From Acidobacteriota bacterium (GTDB taxonomy: Bacteria; Acidobacteriota; Thermoanaerobaculia; Gp7-AA8), in contig QHVS01000156.1 in NCBI GenBank assembly GCA_003223635.1, positions 1-33,222 of the forward strand: 33,222 bases of DNA, written 5' to 3'. Every line of letters begins with the position of its first letter. Position 1 is the first letter of the stretch. The translations under genes and the position numbers were made by a program. Positions 1 through 8,466 of this stretch are shown here, piece after piece. The notes beneath the pieces are model-generated. The model was not told where the DNA came from. It saw nothing but the letters and a program-made list of their open reading frames with translations, and made no database searches.

Positions 1-1
1 C

Positions 2-1582
2 TCCACCGATCTCTACGTCGACAAGGCGTCCGTCCTGAACCGGCCAAAGCGCGAGGAGTCCTACTTCTTTCCCTTGTACCGCGACGGGCTGCGGGAGCTC
101 ACGTTCACTCCTCAGGTGACGCAAGCCGATTTGAACGGCCTCCTCTCCACACTGGAAATCAAGGACCGCGATCTCGGACCGGGCGACGACATGGTCAATC
201 ATCTCTGGCGTCGCGATCTGACCACAATCACTCACAGCGCGATCGATGGTATCGGTGAGTCAGAAGACGCGGGAGAGGGAGGAGCCAGCGAGCTGCACGG
301 CCTGATCGCCGAGTTGGCGGACAAGATCAAGAATCCAGCCGCCCCCACCCTGGGCCAATCCTACGCGTTCGTGCTCGATGCCGACATGAAGGTGGCTGCT
401 CAGGACCTCCACTATGACGCCACGACGATGCGTCGCACGTTCGAAGAGAATCCGGCCGTTCTGCGGTTGTCGGACGAGCAAGCCGCGCAGCTCCGCGCGG
501 AGCTTGGAGAGGATCGCGATCAAATTCTTGTGGAACGCTTCATCGAGATCCTGCTGGTGATCGTTCGTTCACCGGGAAAGTCGATCGACGGGGCGGTGCT
601 CGCTCCAGTCTTCCAGCAGCTGGCCGACGCATATTGGAACGCACACGACTACGCTCGTGTGGCGGCGATTCTGACGCCCGTCCTCGCGGCTGCCAGCGAT
701 GCTCCTACTCCCGAGCATCGGGCGGCGATGGCGGATGTGGTTCGCCGCTTCGTCACTCCGGAGCGGCTGAACATCATCCTTCTCGATTTTGTCGGCGGAG
801 CGCTCGCGCCAAAGATCGCCATGCGCTTCTGGGACTTCGTGCCCGACGAGGTTGTCTGGCCGATTCTGCTCGACGCCTGGTCGCGTCTTCCGGAAGGTGA
901 AACGCGGACGCTGGTACTCAACGCACTGCGCACCCGTCTGGCCAGAAACCTCGACCTGCTGCGGCAGACGCTCTCCTCTCCGGAGCCCGCTCGCATCCGG
1001 GCCGCACTGGCGCTGCTCGATGCGAAGACGGAAAAGATCTTCATCAATGACGTCATCCGCCTGGCCGAGCACCCGGAGGAGTCGATCCGGATCAAGGGGC
1101 TGGCGGCAGCGGCGCGAGTGGGTGGGCCGGCAGGATTCGAAGTCCTGTGGAAAGCGATGGAGAGCGACCCTTCGAAATCCGTTCGCCTCTATGCCTTTCG
1201 CGCGGTTTCCACGACGCAGTGGCCGGGATTTGCACCGCGGCTGCAAGCGCTGGTGACCGACTCTCAATTCGCCCAGCGGCCAGCGTGGGAGCGCGAGAAA
1301 TACGTGCGCCTTCTTGGCGCAATCGCCGGCCCGCAGGCTCAGCCTCTATTCGAATCATGGATCCCGTCGAAGCGCTGGTTGTGGCAGACGAAGGACCTGG
1401 AGATGCTCGAGCTGGCGCTGCGAGGGCTCGGCTCGACCGGAGCCAGCGGATTGGAACGGGTGCGGGCGCTCGCAGCGGGCGGCGGGAAGCCTGCCGAGGT
1501 CGCGAGGAAGGTCCTGGAGAGCCTCTCTGGCGAAGGGGGTCTCGAAGGGAAGCGAACCCTGGCCGGCTCGAGCAAGCCATGA
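2..1582 (+). CDS. HEAT-repeat domain protein, 5'-truncated by the window edge
   Basis: Frame 2 is open from base 2 (STDLYVDKASVL...). The C-terminal half has HEAT/PBS-lyase-like repeats (PARIRAALALL, ESIRIKGLAAAARVGG, SKSVRLYAFRAV, LALRGLG). Its TGA overlaps the next ATG (ATGA, 1579-1582). Confidence 0.8.
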   Translation, partial: STDLYVDKASVLNRPKREESYFFPLYRDGLRELTFTPQVTQADLNGLLSTLEIKDRDLGPGDDMVNHLWRRDLTTITHSAIDGIGESEDAGEGGASELHGLIAELADKIKNPAAPTLGQSYAFVLDADMKVAAQDLHYDATTMRRTFEENPAVLRLSDEQAAQLRAELGEDRDQILVERFIEILLVIVRSPGKSIDGAVLAPVFQQLADAYWNAHDYARVAAILTPVLAAASDAPTPEHRAAMADVVRRFVTPERLNIILLDFVGGALAPKIAMRFWDFVPDEVVWPILLDAWSRLPEGETRTLVLNALRTRLARNLDLLRQTLSSPEPARIRAALALLDAKTEKIFINDVIRLAEHPEESIRIKGLAAAARVGGPAGFEVLWKAMESDPSKSVRLYAFRAVSTTQWPGFAPRLQALVTDSQFAQRPAWEREKYVRLLGAIAGPQAQPLFESWIPSKRWLWQTKDLEMLELALRGLGSTGASGLERVRALAAGGGKPAEVARKVLESLSGEGGLEGKRTLAGSSKP

Positions 1583-3069
1583 CCGACCCGACGAAGTCGC
1601 AGCAGCCGACCCAGCGCGTCACGATCGACGACCTCGCCCTGCGCGGCGCGGACAACGTGCTCGGAGAAGGCCCGAATGCCGTGATGCACACCTGGTTTCA
1701 GCTCTTTCGCACCGCGCAGATTCACGCCATCGACAATCAGGCGCTGCAGCGGCCGATCGTGGCCATGGTTGAAATGACGAACGACGTGGTTCCACGTGAA
1801 GGCCACGTGTCATTCCAGGCGAAAGACAAATCCATTTTCGTCAACGGCGCGAAGCTTCGCCTCTCGACGGATGAATACGAGCTGGCCGGGGCAGTCTTCG
1901 ATTTCTTCGAAGAGCGCGGGATGGGGGGCTTCACCATCAGCAAGCCGATGGACGCAGACGCAGTGCGCAAGCTCCTGGCGGTGCTGGTATACACACCGCC
2001 GGCCGATCGAAAGTTCGAGAAGCTGGACGCGGCGCTCAAAGCGGCGGGCATTCCGTTTCGCCTCAACAAGCCGCTCGGCGCATCAAAGAGCAATGAAGAA
2101 ATGGCGCTCGAGCGCCGCAGTTACACGTTCTTCACTTACTCGAAGCTCGTCGTCCTCTATCGCAGCCTGATCAGCGACGACAAGCTGAACATGCAGCGGC
2201 GAACGTATTACTTGAAGAAGATCGCGCGCACCATACAGGCGCTCGTCGACATCTGCATCGAGGACGACCACACGTTCCTGGGATCGTCTTCGGTGAAGAG
2301 CGGCGAAGCCTACGCGCCGCATCACGCCGCCAACGTCGCGGTCTTGTCGATCGCCCTCGGCGAGAAGCTCGGCCTCTCCAAAGTCGCTCTGGCCGATCTT
2401 GGTCTGGCCGCGGTGTTTCATGACGTAGGCATCCGGTCCTGCCCCGCCGAACTTCTGGAAAAGCGGCAGGCCCTTGACGCGAGCGAACGGGCGGTCATCG
2501 AGCAGCATCCGCTCCGTTCGGTCGAGTATCTTCTGCAGGAACGCACGTTCAGCAAGTCCGTGCTTTCCCGCATCGTGGTGGCCTTCGAGCATCACCGGAC
2601 GTACGACGGCGCCGGATATCCCTTCGGCAGCCGCCGGCCCGACCTGATGGCGCGTATCGTGACCATTGCCGACGTGTACGACGCCCTGACGACCCAACGT
2701 CCCTGGCGAAAGGCCCATCTGCCCGACGAGGCGCTGGGAATGATGATGCGCGAGTCGGGAAAGCGATTTGATCCGGCGCTTCTCTCCGTGTTCGTCAATA
2801 CTCTGGGGCTTTATCCGATCGGCACGCTCGTCCGACTGGACAGCGGTGAGCTTGCAGTCGTGGTCTACAGCGGCGGCGAAGGCGAGCGCATCAGCCGGCC
2901 GATCGTCGCCCTTCTGGGGCGCGATGGGAAACCGGCAGGAACCGTCGATCTCGCCGAACGCGCGCCCTCAGGCAGTTACAAGCGCACCGTCACAGCATCC
3001 GAAGATCCGGCAAAGTATGGTCTGCAGACCTCCGCGTTCGTCGCCGGCAGCGCGGGAGTGACACAGTAA
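1579..3069 (+). CDS. HD-GYP domain protein (putative cyclic-dinucleotide phosphodiesterase)
   Basis: Motifs HHAANV, FHDVG, EQHP, EHHRTYDGAGYP, IADVYDALTTQRPWR, FDP. Start set at the ATG overlapping the upstream stop rather than at 1147. Confidence 0.9.
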   Translation: MTDPTKSQQPTQRVTIDDLALRGADNVLGEGPNAVMHTWFQLFRTAQIHAIDNQALQRPIVAMVEMTNDVVPREGHVSFQAKDKSIFVNGAKLRLSTDEYELAGAVFDFFEERGMGGFTISKPMDADAVRKLLAVLVYTPPADRKFEKLDAALKAAGIPFRLNKPLGASKSNEEMALERRSYTFFTYSKLVVLYRSLISDDKLNMQRRTYYLKKIARTIQALVDICIEDDHTFLGSSSVKSGEAYAPHHAANVAVLSIALGEKLGLSKVALADLGLAAVFHDVGIRSCPAELLEKRQALDASERAVIEQHPLRSVEYLLQERTFSKSVLSRIVVAFEHHRTYDGAGYPFGSRRPDLMARIVTIADVYDALTTQRPWRKAHLPDEALGMMMRESGKRFDPALLSVFVNTLGLYPIGTLVRLDSGELAVVVYSGGEGERISRPIVALLGRDGKPAGTVDLAERAPSGSYKRTVTASEDPAKYGLQTSAFVAGSAGVTQ

Positions 3070-3072
3070 CTC

Positions 3073-5259
3073 ATGGTCGATCGGCGCGATCGTCTTGCCG
3101 GAATGACCGGGACGCCGCCGAGCGCGGCGAACACGCCGACGCAGCGGCTGGAGCGAACGGTCGTGTCCCCCCGCCCAGCCCGACGTCAGGCATTGCTGTA
3201 CGCGCCACCGCCCGTCGCGGCCGCGCCGTATCTCACGATCCTGGAATCCGAGGGCCTCGACGTACTCGTGGCGAACAGCATGGACAGCGCCGCGGTACTC
3301 CTGTCCAACGCTTCTCCCGCGCTGATCATCGCGTTGGTGCCGGTGCTGGGCGACGAATTGCGTGAGCTGTTCCGGAAACATGCTCCGAACGCCGAGATCC
3401 GGGCGCTTCCCGGGCTGACGCCGATGCTCGAAGATGCGGTGGTGCGGCCGCGCGACGCGTTCGAATTCGCCATCCGGACCATCGTGGCCGCCGCCGGCGT
3501 GATTTCCGCGTCACGAAAGACACCGCGGGAGCGGACGGTGCGCATTCTCCAATTGACGGAGGGCGCTACAGCGGCGATGCGCTTCTCCGATACCGACGCT
3601 GCTGCCGCTCGGGTGATCGCCGCGCTTTACGACGTGCCGCAGGCGCTCTCCGGAGATGAGAGCGGCGCGCGAACCGAACGTGACCACGAAACACGAAGAC
3701 GTGAGCGAGACACTCACCGTTCGCTCCTCGCGGAGTTTATCGCCGGCCTCCAGTCGCCATTCCCGATCATCGTCTCGCCATCGCCCGGCGATCCCGCGCA
3801 GCGGCTTCCCGTGCCGCTGGAGATCGTGGAAGCGGCGGGGGCCTTCGCTCTGCTCCAGGAAGCCCGGATTCCGCAGGCCGCGGTGGCCCTTCGCAAACTC
3901 GCTGTGTCAGGCGACCTGCATCCAATCGCTGTCGAGGCGATCATCAAGGCCGCCGCGCAGGAAACCGATGCCGCAGCTCGCGGCCGCATTCTCATCATCG
4001 ACAGCGATGCCGGCGCGCGGAACCTCCTCGCCTTGCGCCTGGCCAATGAAGGTTATGGCACCGATGCCGCTGCCGATGGCCGCGCGGCGCTGGAGATCAT
4101 CCGCCGTGAGCCACCGGCGCTGATTATCAGCGAGACGGTCCTGGCAGGAATGGACGGCTTCACGCTGCTGGACACGCTCCGGCGGGAAGGGCGCAACATT
4201 CCGTTCGTCTTTCTTTCCGCGCGCAATGATGCCCTCTCCATGAACAAGGGACTGCTCCTTGGCGCGGCCGACTTCCTGGCCAAGCCGATCAACACCGAAG
4301 TCCTGATGACGAAGCTGCAGAAGCTCCTGGGACAGGCGCTTGCGGCCGCAGAGGTCTCGGCGCGCATTTCCCTCTCCGACGTCAGCAGCGGGTCGCAACA
4401 GCACCCGACCGTCACGTACGCCCAGCTCGAGCCGGGCGTTTCCATCCTCGGGCGTTTCCGTCTCGTCGCCGATCTCGGCGAGGGCGGCATGGGCAAGGTA
4501 TTCCGCGCGCGCGACGAGCGGCTGGAAGAAGACGTCGTGATCAAGGTGATGAAGGAATCGCTGACCGGCGATCCGAAGACGCTCGAGCACTTCAAACGCG
4601 AAATCCGTCTGGCGCGCAAGATTTCTCATCCGGCCGTCGTCCGCATCTTCGACTTCTGGGAAGTCGGCCCGTTGAAATTCGTAACCATGGAGTTCTTGCC
4701 GGGAACCGATCTGGCGAACGAAATCGAACGGCGGGGAGCGTTTCCGCTACCGGTAGGGCTGCGCATCGCCGCAGAATTCTTCGAGGGTCTCGCCGCCGCA
4801 CACGAGCTCGGCGTCGTGCACCGCGGCATCAAGCCGCACAACGTTTTTCTTCTGAGCGGAGGCCGGGTCAAGATTCTCGATTTCGGCATCGCCCAGGGAC
4901 TGGACCCCGAGCGACCGGACCACACCGTCACCACGAGCGTGATCGGAACGCCTGACTACATGAGTCCCGAACAGCTCGTGGGGCAGAAACTCGATGCGCG
5001 CACCGACATTTACTCCGCCGGCGTAATGCTGTACGAGTTGCTGACCGGGTCGCTTCCGTTTGATGACTCCGACCGCGCGACGGCCGTTACGTCGCGGCTG
5101 CATCGAGATCCGTTGCCGCCGTCGCGCTACAACGCGAAGATCCCGGCCGCGGTCGACGAATTCATCCTTCGCTTGCTCGCTCGCAACCGCGAGGAGCGAT
5201 GCCAGGAGGCCCGCAGCGCGGCGACGGAGCTGCGCAATATTTTGCGATCGCTGCGGTAA
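3073..5259 (+). CDS. Multidomain receiver + Hanks-type Ser/Thr kinase-like protein (probable pseudokinase)
   Basis: Receiver: ILIIDSD...LIISE...GMDG...FLS...GAADFLAKP. Kinase: LGEGGMGKVF, VVIK, HRGIKPHN, DFG, GTPDYMSPEQ, DIYSAG. Confidence 0.88.
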   Translation: MVDRRDRLAGMTGTPPSAANTPTQRLERTVVSPRPARRQALLYAPPPVAAAPYLTILESEGLDVLVANSMDSAAVLLSNASPALIIALVPVLGDELRELFRKHAPNAEIRALPGLTPMLEDAVVRPRDAFEFAIRTIVAAAGVISASRKTPRERTVRILQLTEGATAAMRFSDTDAAAARVIAALYDVPQALSGDESGARTERDHETRRRERDTHRSLLAEFIAGLQSPFPIIVSPSPGDPAQRLPVPLEIVEAAGAFALLQEARIPQAAVALRKLAVSGDLHPIAVEAIIKAAAQETDAAARGRILIIDSDAGARNLLALRLANEGYGTDAAADGRAALEIIRREPPALIISETVLAGMDGFTLLDTLRREGRNIPFVFLSARNDALSMNKGLLLGAADFLAKPINTEVLMTKLQKLLGQALAAAEVSARISLSDVSSGSQQHPTVTYAQLEPGVSILGRFRLVADLGEGGMGKVFRARDERLEEDVVIKVMKESLTGDPKTLEHFKREIRLARKISHPAVVRIFDFWEVGPLKFVTMEFLPGTDLANEIERRGAFPLPVGLRIAAEFFEGLAAAHELGVVHRGIKPHNVFLLSGGRVKILDFGIAQGLDPERPDHTVTTSVIGTPDYMSPEQLVGQKLDARTDIYSAGVMLYELLTGSLPFDDSDRATAVTSRLHRDPLPPSRYNAKIPAAVDEFILRLLARNREERCQEARSAATELRNILRSLR

Positions 5260-5268
5260 TCAGAGTTC

Positions 5269-5419
5269 ATCCTGAGCGCGGGCGGGCCGAGGGGTGGGAG
5301 CGAAGGATCTCCGGTGGCGCAGCGGGGCGAGTGCCATGGTCAGCGCGCGTGGCGAAGAGGATCGCTGTGCCACCGTAGATCCTTCGCTCCCACCCACCAC
5401 ACACACACTCGCTCAGGAT
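5269..5419. repeat. Long nested palindromic intergenic element (ATCCTGAGCG...CGAAGGATCT / AGATCCTTCG...CGCTCAGGAT type)
   Basis: 5292-5310 is the exact reverse complement of 5377-5395. 5312-5324 pairs with 5363-5375 (one G-U). Outer arms 5269-5278 and 5410-5419 are exact inverted repeats. Confidence 0.85.
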
Positions 5420-5434
5420 AGACTGCACGGGGCA

Positions 5435-7039
5435 GTGCTGCCCGCTATCCTCGCCGCTTTGATCCTCACCAACGGAAAGATCTGGATCGGCGACGCTTCC
5501 ATGGCCGCGGCGATGGCCATCGAGGGAAATCGGATCATCGCTGTGGGGTCCAACGCCACGATCGCCAAACTCACGACCGCGAGCGATCAAGTCATCGATC
5601 TTCACGGCCGTCTCGCCGTTCCCGGCTTCATCGACAACCACACGCACTTCATCGAGGGTGGATTCGAGCTCTCGCGCGTCCAACTTCGCGATGCCGCGAC
5701 ACCGCAGGAGTTCGCCCGCCGAATCGGCGAATACGCGGGAAAGGTGGGGAAAGGAAAATGGGTGACTGGTGGCGAGTGGGATCACACCATCTGGAACCCG
5801 CCGGCCTTGCCAACGAGGCAGCTCATCGACGCCCGAACGCCCGAGAATCCGGTCTTCGTGTACCGCCTGGATGGCCATATGGCCTTGGCCAATTCGCTGG
5901 CCCTGAAACTCGGCGGCGTCACGCGGGACACTCCCGATCCCTCCGGCGGAACGATCGTGCGCGATTCGAGCGGCGAACCGACCGGCATCCTGAAAGACGC
6001 GGCGACATCGTACGTCGAACGAGTGATCCCTTCGGCGACGACGGACGAGCGCATCGCTGCCGCTCGCGCGGCGTTGGCCGAAGCGGCCCGCTTCGGCGTG
6101 ACGGCGTTCGGCGACATGTCCAGTGGGGAAGCGTTCGAAGACTTCAGAGCCTATCAGCGCCTGGAAAAGGATGGCTTGCTGACGGCGCGTGTCTATCTGT
6201 TCACGCCGATCGCCGAATACAAACGGCTCGTCGCCGCATCTGTGGAGAAAGCCTTCGGCAGCGATCGCCTGCGCGTCGGCGGACTGAAAGGATTTGCTGA
6301 CGGTTCGCTCGGCTCGTCGACCGCGGCGTTTTTCGAGCCGTTCTCCGATGACCCCAACAACCGCGGCTTGACGATGGAGGCGATGGCCGACGGCAGGATG
6401 AAGTCGTTTGTGACCGACGCGAACTCCAGCAACCTTCAGATCGCCATTCACGCCATCGGCGATCGCGCGAATGACGAAGTGCTCAGGATCTACGAAACGA
6501 TTCCCAACGAGCGAGAGCGGCGCTTCCGGATCGAGCATGCCCAGCATCTGAGCCCGGCGCTGATCAGACGCTTTGCCGACGACCGCGTGATCGCCTCCAT
6601 GCAGCCCTATCACGCCATCGATGACGGGCGGTGGGCGGAGAAGAAGATCGGCCACGAGCGTTCGCGCTGGACCTACGCGTTCCGGTCGTTGCTCGATTCC
6701 GGCGCAGTCGTGACGTTTGGATCCGACTGGACCGTCGCACCACTCAATCCCATCCTGGGCGTTTACGCCGCGGTCACCCGGCGAACGCTCGACGGAAAGA
6801 ATCCCAACGGGTGGATTCCCGAGCAGAAGATCACCGTGGAGGAAGCGCTGCGCTGCTACACCGCGAACAACGCCTGGGCCATGTTCCGGGAGAAGGAGAT
6901 CGGGAAGATCGCGCCCGGCATGCTGGCCGACGTGGTCGTGCTGTCCGATGACCTCTTCAAGATCGCGCCGGAGAGAATCGACGGCGTCAAAGTGGATTAC
7001 ACAATCTTCGACGGTCGCGTGATTTACGAACGGCATTAG
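5435..7039 (+). CDS. Metal-dependent amidohydrolase (amidohydro_3 / YtcJ-like)
   Basis: NGKIW, IDLHGRLAVPGFIDNHTH, DGSLGS, IHAIGD, RIEHAQ, FGSDW, GKIAPGMLADVVVL. GTG 5435 is preferred because the ORF's upstream extension runs through the repeat. Confidence 0.9.
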   Translation: MLPAILAALILTNGKIWIGDASMAAAMAIEGNRIIAVGSNATIAKLTTASDQVIDLHGRLAVPGFIDNHTHFIEGGFELSRVQLRDAATPQEFARRIGEYAGKVGKGKWVTGGEWDHTIWNPPALPTRQLIDARTPENPVFVYRLDGHMALANSLALKLGGVTRDTPDPSGGTIVRDSSGEPTGILKDAATSYVERVIPSATTDERIAAARAALAEAARFGVTAFGDMSSGEAFEDFRAYQRLEKDGLLTARVYLFTPIAEYKRLVAASVEKAFGSDRLRVGGLKGFADGSLGSSTAAFFEPFSDDPNNRGLTMEAMADGRMKSFVTDANSSNLQIAIHAIGDRANDEVLRIYETIPNERERRFRIEHAQHLSPALIRRFADDRVIASMQPYHAIDDGRWAEKKIGHERSRWTYAFRSLLDSGAVVTFGSDWTVAPLNPILGVYAAVTRRTLDGKNPNGWIPEQKITVEEALRCYTANNAWAMFREKEIGKIAPGMLADVVVLSDDLFKIAPERIDGVKVDYTIFDGRVIYERH

Positions 7040-7075
7040 TACCGCTGGCAACCTGCCGCTGGAAGCCGGCGGTAC
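7039..7075. repeat. REP-like hairpin between convergent genes
   Basis: gtaccgctggc (7039-7049) and gccggcggtac (7065-7075) are inverted, with one G-U pair. Related to 8445-8466. Confidence 0.6.
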
Positions 7076-7078
7076 CGA

Positions 7079-7651
7079 TCACCCCACGATCACATCCAGC
7101 TCGTTGATGATCTCGTTGATCGAGTGGAAGCGAAGCGACGCCGGGTCGGAGATCAGCCCGTCGAGCGCCGGTGTGGCGAAGCCGGCAGCGGCCACTTGCT
7201 GGCGCAGCGGAAGCGCTTCCGCCCGCAACTGATCGGGCGGGTGCGGCAGCGGCTCTTGCGCTGCCCCTTCCGGTCGATAGGTCTGGCGCTCGATGGCCAC
7301 CCGCCGCGCACGGAGTTTCGATTGAAACGCGCGAATCGCGTTGCTGACTGCAGGCGAGAGCGACGTCGCCTGTTTCAACTGCGCCACATCGGCCTGAAGC
7401 ATCTCCAGCGCCGGGATGACATTCGTTGCGTCTGCGGCGCTCAGCTCGTTGACGATGGCCGCAACATCATTCAACGCGAAGTCGATGTCGTTGACGGCCG
7501 CGGCGCTCAACGACTGACCGGCCATTTCCACCGCGTTCATGAGAACGGTCATCGACAGGCGCAACTGCGAGGCGAACATCTCATCGGTCACAGCGTCGAC
7601 TACCGTCTTCAATTGGAAGACCGCTGCTTCCAGCATGACCACATCGTTCAT
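7079..7651 (-). CDS. Hypothetical, probably all-helical protein
   Basis: 190-aa ORF with normal composition. Its ATG overlaps the SPFH stop (ATGA, 7651-7648). Confidence 0.75.
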   Translation of the reverse strand: MNDVVMLEAAVFQLKTVVDAVTDEMFASQLRLSMTVLMNAVEMAGQSLSAAAVNDIDFALNDVAAIVNELSAADATNVIPALEMLQADVAQLKQATSLSPAVSNAIRAFQSKLRARRVAIERQTYRPEGAAQEPLPHPPDQLRAEALPLRQQVAAAGFATPALDGLISDPASLRFHSINEIINELDVIVG

Positions 7652-8403
7652 TGACGTTTCACCAGCTCGGCAAGGCCGCTCAGGATGTCGATGGGGAGCG
7701 GGAACACGATCGTGGTGTTCTTTTCAACTCCGATCTCCGTCAGCGTCTGCAGATAGCGGAGCTGCAGCGCCACCGGTTCGCTAGCCAGGATCTTGGCCGC
7801 GTCGGCCAGCCGCTGCGAAGCGGCAAACTCGCCTTCGGCATGGATCGTCTTCGCCCGCTTCTCGCGCTCGGCCTCCGCCTGCTTGGCCATGGCCCGCAGC
7901 ATCGACTCCGGCAGGTCGACCTGCTTCACCGCGACGTCGGCGACCTTCACTCCCCACGGCTCGGTGTGTTGATCGAGGATGCTCTGCACGCGGGTGTTGA
8001 GCGCATCGCGATGTGCCAGCAGCCCGTCGAGCTCGACCTCGCCCAGGACCGAGCGGAGCGTCGTCTGCGCGAACTGGGACGTCTGGTACCGGTAATCGAA
8101 AACCTCGACCACGGCGCGGCGGGGGTCGACCACGCGGAGAAAGACGACCGCATTCACCTTCAGCGTCACGTTGTCGCGAGTGATGATGTCCTGCGGCGGC
8201 ACCTCGAAGGCCTCCTGTCGCAGCGACACGCGCACCATGCGATCGATCGGGGCGAAGACCAGGAAAATCCCCGGCCCCTTCGCCTCCTGCAGCAGCCGGC
8301 CCAGCCGGAAGATCACTCCTCGCTCGTACTCCGGAAGGATCTTGATCGAGCTGAGGATATAGATGCCGAGGATGATGATGATGACGAGCAGACCGACGCT
8401 CAT
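7648..8403 (-). CDS. SPFH/band-7 (stomatin-like, slipin) membrane protein
   Basis: N-terminal [56 protein letters not shown] precedes ATG 8403. Confidence 0.93.
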   Translation of the reverse strand: MSVGLLVIIIILGIYILSSIKILPEYERGVIFRLGRLLQEAKGPGIFLVFAPIDRMVRVSLRQEAFEVPPQDIITRDNVTLKVNAVVFLRVVDPRRAVVEVFDYRYQTSQFAQTTLRSVLGEVELDGLLAHRDALNTRVQSILDQHTEPWGVKVADVAVKQVDLPESMLRAMAKQAEAEREKRAKTIHAEGEFAASQRLADAAKILASEPVALQLRYLQTLTEIGVEKNTTIVFPLPIDILSGLAELVKRQ

Positions 8404-8444
8404 AGTTCTCTCCTGACCAGTTGGGCGGCGAGATTGTATCGGAT

Positions 8445-8466
8445 GCCGGCTGCTAACCGGCGCTAC
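8445..8466 (-). repeat. GTAG-type REP-like palindrome
   Basis: Minus strand reads GTAGCGCCGGTTAGCAGCCGGC: a GTAG tetranucleotide followed by a GCCGG/CCGGC stem. It contains the nfeD stop codon. Confidence 0.5.

Noticed and set aside
1147-1578. N-terminal extensions in the ORF track (also 12596, 16222, 21332, 27830, 30086, 31372)
   Set aside because: They overlap neighbouring genes or RNA elements. Downstream starts have SDs or stop-start coupling and coincide with where family similarity begins.
5267-7051. 594-aa minus-strand ORF, and similar long antisense ORFs (7651-8895, 8739-9917, 12043-13365, 25101-26135, 28901-29923)
   Set aside because: They shadow well-supported genes on the opposite strand, carry no motifs, and are expected in high-GC DNA.
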